A stretch of DNA of 39,380 nt from Octopus bimaculoides (Eukaryota), in the NCBI RefSeq assembly GCF_001194135.2, contig NC_068985.1, positions 27,884,072 through 27,923,451 of the forward strand. The letters run 5' to 3'. The notes under the pieces are model-generated. The model searched no databases. It saw only the letters and a list, made by a program, of their open reading frames with translations, and was not told the DNA's origin. Shown here piece by piece: positions 1-11,004 of this stretch (its first letter is position 1; each line of letters begins with the position of its first letter). The position numbers were made by a program, and so were the translations under genes.

Positions 1-135
1 ATAAATAAATAAATAAATAAATAAATATATATATATATTCATATATACGTGAATGTATGATATATATTCTCATGCATACATACATACATACATACATACA
101 TACATACATACATACATACATACATACATACATAA
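1..135. repeat. Compound microsatellite (AAAT)n/(TA)n/(CATA)n
   Basis: Directly visible tandem repeats. Confidence 0.95.
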
Positions 136-590
136 ATGTCTGTGTATGTGTGTGTATTTATTTGTTATTTAGTTTTCCTTCATTTGTCTCCCTGTTTAGT
201 TCTGCCTATCAATACGTTATAAATGATCTTTTTTAATGAATTGCGTCTTTGAATACGTACTTGTATTTCCGTCAATACAAGAATATATGTCCATATGACA
301 ATATGACATTGTGACGGTCTGTGTCGCTCACCTATGCTTTCTATGTAGATCCTATCTGTATGTTTGCATGTCTGATATTTTCTGCGTATCTGACTTTCTC
401 TGTCCCTAATTCGTCTTCCTCATTCTCTTCTTCGCTCCAAATTTCTCTTGTTGAACATTTTTGTCATTATGTCCTCTCTATATCACTCCCTATATTCTTG
501 CTCATGTCCATATTTATATACGCACACGGACATATACAAGTATTCTTTCTTTCTCTCTCTCGGAAAACATACATACATGTATCTGTGAGC

Positions 591-650
<60 letters not shown>
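591..650. repeat. (TA)n microsatellite
   Basis: About 30 TA units immediately 5' of the zinc-finger fragment. Confidence 0.95.
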
Positions 651-652
<2 letters not shown>

Positions 653-1020
653 CAAGGACCTTTTTGTGTACACAGTCTGTGACAGACCATGTCTGTCTTT
701 GGCTGGCCTCAAATCTCACCTGCGAACCCATGGAAAACAAACTTCAACCAGCTATTCTGATTATATGTCTGTGCACACGTTTGAATGTGATGTGTGCCAG
801 AGGGTTTGCAAATCCAATGGGGATCTGAAAAGACATGCTAGGATCCACAATGAGCAGAACTTACTTGCAGGTATTGGTAGTGCAATTCAGAGGTGCAATC
901 TGTGTGGGTGTATTTTCAAAACACTGTCTGGTTTAAAAAGCCACATCAGACGCCATGAAAGGGCTAAGGTGTAGGTGCAGGAGGAGGTCAAACTCTGTGT
1001 AAGGAGTAGACAACCACCAT
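651..1020 (+). mobile_element. 5'-truncated fragment encoding three C2H2 zinc fingers; probably the 3' end of an RTE-like LINE
   Basis: Frame of ORF 321-974 gives YTVCDRPCLSLAGLKSHLRTH (first Cys appears replaced by Tyr), CDVCQRVCKSNGDLKRHARIH and CNLCGCIFKTLSGLKSHIRRH. Linkers are long and not TGEKP-type. Stop at 974, about 46-nt 3' UTR, then (TA)n; the 5' end abuts (TA)n directly. Confidence 0.6.
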
Positions 1021-1543
1021 ATATATATATAACATATATACATATATGTACATGCATATGTATGTATATTTGTATATATATATATGTATGCATATTATAT
1101 ATATTCTAATAGCTCGGCTATAATTAATTGGACCACTTTAATCAAGATGTAAATATATAAGTAACGGTGGATTTTATTAACCATATTACTCCTTAATGTA
1201 TTAAACAGTAAATGTTTTTTTAAAACAACGTCGGCATCTGTCTCAAAATATGTTTTTATGGGTCAAATGCCATGCTTGGCGCTACATATCTCCTGGTATA
1301 CAAACATGTTTTGCCAGTATCAGCCTTTATGAGAGAAGTTGCTAGTTTAATTACATGATTGGTACACAAATGCATTTGAACTATTCTTTAATATACAATG
1401 CAATTGTACTATCCATCTACGTGACTGAAAGATTGTAGTCCCACCCATTATATATTTTTAAGGCGTTGATAAATTGTTGATGATCTGCAGATTAATCAAC
1501 AATCACAATGTCACTTCCCGCTTGTTAATTGGTAAGGGTAAGC

Positions 1544-1658
1544 CTGATGAGTTGAGAGTTGCGTAAAGTACTACATAATCGCATTCGCGTGGTGAATATT
1601 GCATACCTGAGTGTGCTAAGTTTACGTCACAATAAAGACTCCTAATGAAACGATTGTA
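1544..1658 (+). ncRNA. Hammerhead-like motif with long stem II; stem I not evident
   Basis: CTGATGA 1544-1550; GTTGAGAGT pairs imperfectly with ACTCCTAAT; inner CGTAAA/TTTACG; GAAA 1647-1650; near-palindromic ACGATTGT; GTA triplet at 1656-1658. Confidence 0.35.
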
Positions 1659-1689
1659 ACAGTAACAGACAAACTATTAGTCGTCTGTG

Positions 1690-1758
<69 letters not shown>

Positions 1759-1777
1759 TATATATATATATAACGTC

Positions 1778-1812
1778 TAGATAGAATAGAGACAGCTGAT
1801 GAAGGGATATTC
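1778..1812 (+). repeat. Short interspersed repeat with a CTGATGAAG motif; inverted copy at 2503-2537
   Basis: TAGATAGAATAGAGACAGCTGATGAAGGGATATTC is the reverse complement of 2503-2537 (35 bp); this copy is cut by a gap. Confidence 0.75.
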
Positions 1813-2409
1813 NNNNNNNNNNNNNNNNNNNNNNNNNNNNNNNNNNNNNNNNNNNNNNNNNNNNNNNNNNNNNNNNNNNNNNNNNNNNNNNNNNNNNNNN
1901 NNNNNNNNNNNNNNNNNNNNNNNNNNNNNNNNNNNNNNNNNNNNNNNNNNNNNNNNNNNNNNNNNNNNNNNNNNNNNNNNNNNNNNNNNNNNNNNNNNNN
2001 NNNNNNNNNNNNNNNNNNNNNNNNNNNNNNNNNNNNNNNNNNNNNNNNNNNNNNNNNNNNNNNNNNNNNNNNNNNNNNNNNNNNNNNNNNNNNNNNNNNN
2101 NNNNNNNNNNNNNNNNNNNNNNNNNNNNNNNNNNNNNNNNNNNNNNNNNNNNNNNNNNNNNNNNNNNNNNNNNNNNNNNNNNNNNNNNNNNNNNNNNNNN
2201 NNNNNNNNNNNNNNNNNNNNNNNNNNNNNNNNNNNNNNNNNNNNNNNNNNNNNNNNNNNNNNNNNNNNNNNNNNNNNNNNNNNNNNNNNNNNNNNNNNNN
2301 NNNNNNNNNNNNNNNNNNNNNNNNNNNNNNNNNNNNNNNNNNNNNNNNNNNNNNNNNNNNNNNNNNNNNNNNNNNNNNNNATATATATATATATATATAT
2401 ATATATATA

Positions 2410-2540
2410 CTGTTGTATATACATGCATATCAGGGTACAGGACGTTAGAACAATAAACTACAGACAACGGAACGAACACATAGGAAAACGGAAAGCCCCT
2501 TGGAATATCCCTTCATCAGCTGTCTCTATTCTATCTATCA
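2410..2540 (-). repeat. TA-flanked short repeat unit, same family as 1778-1812
   Basis: 35-bp inverted identity with 1778-1812; ends in (TA)n. Confidence 0.65.
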
Positions 2541-2803
2541 GAGAGGTAATGGTGTCAATATGACCCAAATGTGTCAGGTAATGTTGAGTAAGTGCTATGG
2601 ATAGACCATAGTTAAGCTGCAGGTTCGGTGATTATGTGAGTAATGAGTCCAATGTAGGTCATATATCAGCATGTATATATTTATATTTTTTGTAATGGTT
2701 AAGCAATAGTTAATTTTGACTTTCCTATAACAAAGAGACTTTGAAAAGTGTCTGCTGGGATATCTTATCTAAATTAACTATTGCTTAACCATTTTCTCAC
2801 ACC

Positions 2804-2851
2804 GTCTCCGATGACAGGGTATAATAAATATCCTGGAAACAGCTGTAAGAC
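2804..2851 (+). ncRNA. Type I hammerhead ribozyme-like motif (U4C variant)
   Basis: Stem I GTCT/AGAC; core CCGATGA 2808-2814; 8-bp stem II CAGGGTAT/ATATCCTG; GAAA 2836-2839; palindromic stem III ACAGCTGT; GUA triplet ending at 2847. Confidence 0.65.
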
Positions 2852-2916
2852 CTTCTATTTATAAATGTTCTAAAATATTCACAGCCTTGGTTTTTATCTC
2901 ATTTTGAAACAAAAAG

Positions 2917-2951
<35 letters not shown>

Positions 2952-3034
2952 TATATATATATTATAAGTTAAGGTATCTAAGAGATACCACCATGCTTGA
3001 AATATATATATATGTATGTATGTATGTATGTATT

Positions 3035-3230
3035 TATGTGATATCACAGGGTATTCCACTGATGAAGGCAGAGCATTTCTTATGCAGAACCAGAAATCCG
3101 GGATCTGGAATAAACCAGTAATTTTTTGCTAGTTTATTTTTGTCTCTTTGTCTTTTCTCCTGGTGCTGTATGAACATTTAATGTGGTTTTAGAGTCAATG
3201 TTTGACTGGTATTTCAAGCATGGTGGTATC
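3035..3230 (+). mobile_element. Short non-coding hammerhead-bearing element (Penelope pLTR-like or retrozyme-like), preceded by an inverted partial copy of its 3' end
   Basis: Contains the 3052-3112 motif. TATTTCAAGCATGGTGGTATC (3210-3230) is the reverse complement of 2984-3004. Bounded by a microsatellite on the left and a gap on the right. Confidence 0.55.
3052..3112 (+). ncRNA. Type I hammerhead ribozyme
   Basis: Perfect 7-bp stem I TATTCCA (3052-3058)/TGGAATA (3106-3112); CTGATGA 3059-3065; stem II with GG/CC and GCAT/ATGC; GAAA 3093-3096; stem III ATCC-G-GGAT; AUC triplet 3103-3105. Confidence 0.75.
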
Positions 3231-3633
3231 NNNNNNNNNNNNNNNNNNNNNNNNNNNNNNNNNNNNNNNNNNNNNNNNNNNNNNNNNNNNNNNNNNNNNN
3301 NNNNNNNNNNNNNNNNNNNNNNNNNNNNNNNNNNNNNNNNNNNNNNNNNNNNNNNNNNNNNNNNNNNNNNNNNNNNNNNNNNNNNNNNNNNNNNNNNNNN
3401 NNNNNNNNNNNNNNNNNNNNNNNNNNNNNNNNNNNNNNNNNNNNNNNNNNNNNNNNNNNNNNNNNNNNNNNNNNNNNNTATATATATATACTTTTTGTTT
3501 CAAAATGTTCTCTTAGATACCCTAAATTATAATTTTTATAATAATTATTACCTCTGAAGCTTTTATTCCCATGCTGGCCACCTGATAAGATCAGTATTTT
3601 TAAATAACGATCTCATCCTTATTTATATAAATT

Positions 3634-3665
<32 letters not shown>

Positions 3666-3997
3666 TATATATATATACATACAAGAAAGCATTCATATGT
3701 TGTGTTTGTGCATGTATGTGTATGCACGTGTGTGTGTGAGTATCAGTTCATGCTTTCGTGTTTGTGTTGTTTTATGTCTCTTTACGTCGCATTTTACTTA
3801 TGATTCATTTCTGTGTGGAAGTAAATTTTTCCATTCTCTTTGTTCATATATTTTTTTTATGTGTGTACCTTGGAATCCAGTTAATACTTAAACCCTTGCA
3901 TTTTTGTGTACTTTATTGAATAGATTAACCTTGTCGATATGCATAAATAACTTATTCTGCTGATCTGCTTATTATTTGTTTCATAATATAGCAAACC

Positions 3998-4392
3998 GTG
4001 GAGGCGCAATGGCCTAGTGGTTAGGGCAGCGGACTCGCGGTCATAGGATCGCGGTTTCGATTCCAAGACCGGGCGTTGTGAGTCTTTATTGAGCGAAAAC
4101 ATCTAAAGCTCCACGAGGCTCCGGAAGGGGATGGTGGCGAACCCTGCTGTACTCGTTCACCACAACTTTCTCTCATTCATACTTTCTGTTTCTGTTGTAC
4201 CTTTAATTCAAAGGGTTAGCCTTGTCACACACTGTGTTACGCTGAATATCTCCGAGAACTACGTTAACGGTACACGTGTCTGTGGAGTGCTCAGCCACTT
4301 GCACGTTAAATTCACGAGCAGGCTGTTCCGTTGATCGGATCAACTGGAAACCTCGACGTCGTAAGCGACGGAGCGCCAACAACAACAACAAC
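3998..4392 (+). mobile_element. Full-length tRNA-derived SINE with (CAA)n tail and 11-bp TSD
   Basis: A box TGGCCTAGTGG (about 4010-4020), B-box-like GGTTTCGATTCC, (CAA)n tail; TATAGCAAACC at 3987-3997 and 4393-4403. Confidence 0.9.
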
Positions 4393-6969
4393 TATAGCAA
4401 ACCAGAAGTGATTTGAAGAAGAAGAAGAAACCCATAATTAAGGAATCTAGGAAATTAAAGAATCGTTTGCAACGGCTAAGCCAGCCATATGAAAGCCTAT
4501 TGAATGATATTAGAAAGCACGATGCTAAGCATTACAAACTGTGTTTAGTTATCTTCAGATCTCTCCTGCTTGAGTAGACATATCCTCAAATGTTTGTTTT
4601 CCAACCATCAACAAGCCGCATTGCTTTCAGGAAAAGTGTAGCTAGGACTACATTATTCAGAATTCATTTTACTTCTTAAAAGGATAACGTATGATTTGAA
4701 GCTGATTCTTGTTATTATTTCAAGTGTCACTCATTGGCTCACTTAAGATGATGATGGGGAGGAGAATAAAGAGGACAGGAGAATGATGAAGGGAGTCGTC
4801 TTAATGACATAATCGAAATTCGAAATGGTAAGTGGGTGTGGAATTAAGCTTCTTTTCTTTTTACTTGTCACTGGCTCCATTGAATCATCGCAGCAGACAC
4901 TTTTCAAAGTCTCTTTGTTGCAGGAAAGTCAAAAGTAACCCATTTGCTATATACATAAGATGTTAACATTTATGGTTTATCAGAAAACACAGTTGGAAAA
5001 ATATCCCAAAATGTCAAACATCTTAGAGCTGATAACATAACACGCGCGCGCGCACACTCACACACACACACACACACATACACACACACACACACACATA
5101 GACACACACACATAGATATACATATGCATGTATATATATATATATATATATATATATNNNNNNNNNNNNNNNNNNNNNNNNNNNNNNNNNNNNNNNNNNN
5201 NNNNNNNNNNNNNNNNNNNNNNNNNNNNNNNNNNNNNNNNNNNNNNNNNNNNNNNNNNNNNNNNNNNNNNNNNNNNNNNNNNNNNNNNNNNNNNNNNNNN
5301 NNNNNNNNNNNNNNNNNNNNNNNNNNNNNNNNNNNNNNNNNNNNNNNNNNNNNNNNNNNNNNNNNNNNNNNNNNNNNNNNNNNNNNNNNNNNNNNNNNNN
5401 NNNNNNNNNNNNNNNNNNNNNNNNNNNNNNNNNNNNNNNNNNNNNNNNNNNNNNNNNNNNNNNNNNNNNNNNNNNNNNNNNNNNNNNNNNNNNNNNNNNN
5501 NNNNNNNNNNNNNNNNNNNNNNNNNNNNNNNNNNNNNNNNNNNNNNNNNNNNNNNNNNNNNNNNNNNNNNNNNNNNNNNNNNNNNNNNNNNNNNNNNNNN
5601 NNNNNNNNNNNNNNNNNNNNNNNNNNNNNNNNNNNNNNNNNNNNNNNNNNNNNNNNNNNNNNNNNNNNNNNNNNNNNNNNNNNNNNNNNNNNNNNNNNNN
5701 NNNNNNNNNNNNNNNNNNNNNNNNNNNNNNNNNNNNNNNNNNNNNNNNNNNNNNNNNNNNNNNNNNNNNNNNNNNNNNNNNNNNNNNNNNNNNNNNNNNN
5801 NNNNNNNNNNNNNNNNNNNNNNNNNNNNNNNNNNNNNNNNNNNNNNNNNNNNNNNNNNNNNNNNNNNNNNNNNNNNNNNNNNNNNNNNNNNNNNNNNNNN
5901 NNNNNNNNNNNNNNNNNNNNNNNNNNNNNNNNNNNNNNNNNNNNNNNNNNNNNNNNNNNNNNNNNNNNNNNNNNNNNNNNNNNNNNNNNNNNNNNNNNNN
6001 NNNNNNNNNNNNNNNNNNNNNNNNNNNNNNNNNNNNNNNNNNNNNNNNNNNNNNNNNNNNNNNNNNNNNNNNNNNNNNNNNNNNNNNNNNNATATATATG
6101 AGAATTGTGACAAAGCATCAAATATCCACTGAGACACATACAACAAGGCAAGTATTGAGTTAGATAGAAAATTCCTCATTCCTTTGGCCTCTCATTGTGG
6201 CAAGTTTTCTTCAAACCTATATCATGATACTTTAATTTTCATTTCATCGGGCAATATGCTCGATTTAAAGAGAACGTAGACACGATTCGGATGCCAACGG
6301 ATCAATGATATGACAGAAGGCTTACTTTCATGTTGATGGCAAGCAGAACTAGTCAGTATATTTCCGAATGTTACCCCAATAAAATCATTAAGTCTGAAAT
6401 AAGCTAGAAAAGAAAGAAACTCGGATGTTATTGAGTAATAGAAACTCCTTTGAGTGGAAACAGATTGAATATGTTGATATGATAAAAAAAGAGAAAAACT
6501 TCAATAGAACCGTTTTCAGTAATATCAAAACACTAAAAATAAACTAAGATATAAACATATTTGCTGTCAGCTTTAAACTGAATGAAATAAACAGATTGTC
6601 GTTGCAACAACACTAAAAATGTCCTTAGGAAACAGAAAATACGAACTGAAGAGTAATTTGTACAGACACTATATACCTAGACAATAAAGAGACAAAACTT
6701 TGACAAAACTGGCAAAAAGTGTGATAAAATCTAAAGAATATTGGCAACACAACTATTTTAAAAACAGTTGTATAAGAGAGTTTTATAATCCGTTATAACG
6801 CAAGCAGTTTATGCAGTTTCATTCAAAGCAGAATGATGGAAAGTAATACTTAAAATACGAGATAATTTAACACCAAACGTATATTATAGAAAACAAACTC
6901 ACTAGCAGCGGTAGATTACTAAGCATAGTGTGAACTCTTTTGCTAGGTAATACAAAATGCAAAACCAAG

Positions 6970-7080
6970 CAGTGGCTCTCATGGCTTCTGATCTTAACGG
7001 ATTGGAAGTGTTATCATGTACATTGTTTTGCCTTGGTATAAAAGATGCGCAACAGTAAATATTCTGTCCAATGCCATAGA
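6970..7080 (+). repeat. Fragment of the interspersed family also at 15784-16243, opposite orientation
   Basis: GGAAGTGTTATCATGTACATTGTTTTGCCTTGGTATAAAAGATG matches the reverse complement of about 16190-16240. Confidence 0.75.
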
Positions 7081-7422
7081 TGGTGACGTTTCTCTAAAAG
7101 AAATGGAGGAACTTTTAAAATACGAAGACCTGGAAATAGAGGTAACTCGAATGTGGAGCCTAAAAACAGAAACAATTCCTATCATTGTAGGTACATTAGG
7201 TATGATAAAAAAAAGCATTCAGACAAATACATAACAAAAACACCAGAACTTGCAAGTATATAGAACGTACAGAAAATAGCACTACTAGGAACCCATACAT
7301 CCTACGTAAGATACTTTCAATACAGCGGAAATAAGAGCGCCACAACAAACCAGAGCACAACAAACCAAACCACAGTGCTGCGCTTGGTAGTGCTGTAAAA
7401 ACACATGATGAATATAAGACTA

Positions 7423-7425
<3 letters not shown>
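7080..7425 (+). mobile_element. 3' end of an R4/Dong-like RLE non-LTR retrotransposon (subfamily a)
   Basis: VSLKEMEELLKYEDLEIEVTRMWSLKTETIPIIVGTLG is a typical RLE C-terminus; followed by a 3' UTR and (TAA)n. Confidence 0.85.
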
Positions 7426-7511
<86 letters not shown>

Positions 7512-7530
7512 AAATGATGATGATAATAAT
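7426..7530. repeat. (TAA)n array (tail/target site)
   Basis: Directly visible. Confidence 0.95.
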
Positions 7531-7532
7531 AA

Positions 7533-9936
7533 CTGAACAGAAATAAGCAGTTCGAGGAGAACAGATTATTCAAAAATAACCCGAAGCAATTCTTCCGAAC
7601 GTTAAAAGGTAATGGGGAAAATGGAGAAAATGTTGTCTCCTGATGCAAATCAAGCCAAGGAGTTCTGGAGCGGATTATAGGGAAACAATGTGGTACATGA
7701 AAGGGATGCAATGTGGATAGGAACTATCAAGACAGAATTACAAAAAGGAAAGAAACAAAGGAATATTGCCATAAGCACAGGTGATGTGAAAGAACAAGTA
7801 GGTAAAGTGCCTAATTGGAAAGCCTTCGCACCAGATGGGATTCACGGCTTCTGGCTGAAGAGATGCCACGCGGTGCAAGAAAGACTAGCATCCCAATTGA
7901 ATGAGTGTATCCAGAAAGGTACAGTCCCAGCGTGGATGGTGGCTGGGAAGACAGAAGAAAGGGGAATATTGTGAGAAACTACTGTCCCATAGCATGTCTA
8001 AACATAATCTGGAAGATACTCACTGGAATATGTGCGGCAAAGACATACACTTTCCTGGCACAGGAAGAAATACTATCAAGGGAACGAAAAGAATGTAGGA
8101 AGAGTTCTCAGGGTAGCAAGGATCAAGTGGTCATCGATAAAATAGTTTTGAGGCATTGTAAAAAAACATCCTACGAACATGTCTATGGCTTGGATTTACT
8201 TTAAGAAGGCATATGATATGATGTCTCATTCTTGGATCGTTGAATGCCTGGAGATGTTTGGTGTTCCTGACAACATCGCAAATTTTCTGATGCATAGCAT
8301 GAAAGAGGGGAAAACCAAATTGTACTCAAGTAATGTATTCCTTGGAGAAGTTAATATTAAAAGGGGAATCTTCCAAGGAGACTCGTGTTCTCCGTTACTT
8401 TTTGTAATTGCACTAACGCCCATAACAATGACACTTAGGAAAGTTAAGATGTGTTACCGATGTGGGAAGAAAGGCCCATCATTGAATTATCTTCTGTTTA
8501 TGGATAACCTGAAATTGTCTAAGAAATCTGAAAAATAGATAGATTCCTTAACAAAAACTCATCAGAAGTGTGGTAGACGAACTAAACGGCTTAGACAGAA
8601 AGACAAGGAAGGTACTAACGAGATATGGGTCACTCCACCCCAANNNNNNNNNNGTTTATGGATAACCTGAAATTGTCTAAGAAATCTGAAAAATAGATAG
8701 ATTCCTTAACAAAAACTCATCAGAAGTGTGGTAGACGAACTAAACGGCTTAGACAGAAAGACAAGGAAGGTACTAACGAGATATGGGTCACTCCACCCCA
8801 AAAGTGACACAGACAGACGGTATGTACCAAGAAAAACAGGGGGAAGAGGACTTATTGGGTGCGAACACAGCATTAAAGCAGAAGAAAACAACATAGCATG
8901 GTATGTGAAAAGTGCCAAAGAATAGCTATTACTAGAAGTAAGAAGATCAGGTTTGTGTAAGATGAAAGACTGCAAAGATAATGCAGGATACAAGAAATTG
9001 AAAACGAATGAACCTGAAAACAGATGGGTAAAGAAAAGAATGCATGGTCAATTTCATAGGGATGTTGAAGATAAGACAGACAGAGAAAAAAGATGGCTGT
9101 GGATGACTAAAAGTGATTCAAAACCGGAAACGGAGGCTCTAATCTGTGCTACCCAAGAGAATGCATGAAGAACAAACTACATAAAATACAGAACAGACAA
9201 CACAGCAGAAAGTGATAAGTGCAGAATCTGTGGACAAAACAGTGAAACCGTATGGCATATTACCAGCCTATGTACGCCACTAGCCCCGAAGGAATATAAG
9301 AGACGCCGCGACAATATAGCCAGGCTTGTCCATTGGACACTTTGCAACAAATATGGACTTGACAGAGCAAAAGATTGGTACGACCACAAACCTGAAGGCA
9401 TTGTCGAAAATATAAATGCAAAGATCCTATGGAATTTTATGATTCAGTGCAACCATGAGATAGAGATTAGGAAGCCAGACATAGTCTTACTTCAGAAAGA
9501 AAACAAACTATGCTGGATCATAGATATGGCATGCCCAGCTGACAACATGGTATGCGATAAGGAAGAAAGAAAAGTTGAGAGATATGACAGGTTAGCTTGG
9601 GAAGTTNNNNNNNNNNATGGTATGCGATAAGGAAGAAAGAAAAGTTGAGAGATATGACAGGTTAGCTTGGGAAGTTAAGCAGTTGCGGTCGATGAAAAAG
9701 GTAGCAGTAGTACCAATAATTGTCGGAGCAATGGCAACAGTGAGCGAAAATCTCGAGAAGTACGTGGAACAAATAGGGGCTGCAATAAGGGCGTAATACC
9801 TGCAGAAAACAGGACTGCTTGGAACCGCCCGAATACTCCGGAAGGTGCTCGAAAAATAAGAGGTGTTACCTTAGTTCACTGGTAGTGAACAACTGACACT
9901 GTAGTACATCTCCAGCGTTAGAAGCTGTGCAAAGGC
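7533..9936 (+). mobile_element. Decayed, 5'-truncated and internally deleted R4/Dong-like retrotransposon (subfamily b): RT, CCHC knuckle, RLE, 3' UTR
   Basis: Fragmented ORFs: KAFAPDGIHGFWLK, NYCPIACLNIIWKILTG, FKKAYDMMSH, RGIFQGDSCSPLLF, LLFMDNLKL (YADD-like), LHPKSDTDRRYVPRKTGGRGL, CRICGQ knuckle, RKPDIVLL-IIDMACPAD-KVERYDRL. Multiple stops and frameshifts; ends in (AAT)3. Confidence 0.93.
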
Positions 9937-9949
9937 AATAATAATAAAA

Positions 9950-10430
9950 AATCTGCCAGTATAGTAGAAAATAAAGACAGTACTGTTCTTTGGGATTTTA
10001 GCTTCCAAAGTGATCGTGTTAATCAGACCAATAGTGCAGAGGTTGTGGTGCGGACCTTGAAATAGAGATCTCAAAAATGTGGAGAAAACAACTGTACTTG
10101 TAATCATCCTAGTTTTGGTGAGAATACCGAAAAGAACTTTTAAACAATATACCGGGAAGCCTCAAGGTATCAGAACTACCGCAGTTATTCACATAAGTAT
10201 TGCCCTCATCCTTAGAAAACATTGTCAACTTGAAAGCATGTGATTCCATTAGAGCGCAACGAAAAAATTGAAATATTAAAAATTGTAACAAAATTTTAGT
10301 TCTCAGATTCTGGCCTCCTTCCATACACTGTATATCATTATCAATCATATATAACAGCCATAGTAAAATGTCCACCTTGCAGGTACTTGAGGCTTCTGGG
10401 TGCAACCTAGAACAGCCCAGATAAAACAAA
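9950..10430 (+). mobile_element. Degenerate 3' fragment of another Dong-like RLE element (subfamily c)
   Basis: VENKDSTVLWDFSFQSDR and DLEIEISKMW remnants, a distinct 3' UTR, then a TAA-like tail. Confidence 0.65.
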
Positions 10431-10492
10431 GCAACAAAAAAATAAGATAATAATAATAATCATGATGATGATGTTGATAACAATATAAAAAC

Positions 10493-10635
10493 AATCCTTT
10501 CTATTATAGGCACAAGGCCTGAATTTTGTGGGTAGAGGACTGGTCGATTACATCGACTCCAGTGTTTCACTGGTACTTAATTTATTGATCCCGAAAGGAT
10601 GAAAAGTAAAGTCGACCTCGGCGGAATTTGAACTC
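10493..10635 (-). mobile_element. tRNA-derived SINE (family S1), 5'-truncated
   Basis: Reverse complement matches the 15400-15592 copy (GTTCAAATTCC-GTCGACTTT-TTTCATCC-TCAGGCCTTGTG-AGAAAGGATT). Confidence 0.85.
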
Positions 10636-11004
10636 TACAACAACAACAACAACAACAATAATAATAATAATATGTAACATATACATGTACACCGGATTTG
10701 AACAATGCAACAATAAATTTAAACGAATCCCAGTCCTTGATTTGTACTTTATTTTACAGAACTTCAAGAATGAAGGGGAAAATTGGTCAGTGAATTTGAA
10801 CTCAAAACATACAGCAAACTGCAATGGCCCCATAATTTTAGCCAATGTTCTATTAATTATGCAACTCCACGGTGTTTGGGAATCTCAATAAATCTCAATA
10901 AATATCAAAGTGAAAGAAACTGGTATTCATTGGCTAAATACCCTTAAAAAAAGAGGAATGGTATGAGGTCTTCTGAAGGAAATGGTAACGAATTCTAACT
11001 CTTT

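Noticed and set aside
2441-2530. Hammerhead in the CTGATGAAGGGATATTCC unit (minus strand; partial copy at 1797)
   Set aside because: No GAAA follows the core; TAACGTC-CTGT could be a remnant but the motif is incomplete.
4000-4075. tRNA gene (also 28637-28701)
   Set aside because: A and B boxes are present but the cloverleaf is imperfect; the 4 kb copy continues into a SINE body with a TSD.
4748-4833. Strong donor ATG|GTAAGT, a possible first exon of the plus gene
   Set aside because: The upstream frames contain stops and no link to the 31 kb exons can be shown from sequence alone.
1622-6179. Long ORFs of 200-390 aa here (also 19687-20250 and 36478-37254)
   Set aside because: They are open only because they cross N gaps and dinucleotide repeats.
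8494-8800. Apparent tandem duplication of about 150 bp in the RT region
   Set aside because: Identical copies flank a 10-N gap, indicating an unmerged contig overlap.
9547-9676. Apparent 59-bp duplication
   Set aside because: Same pattern around a short N gap; an assembly artefact.
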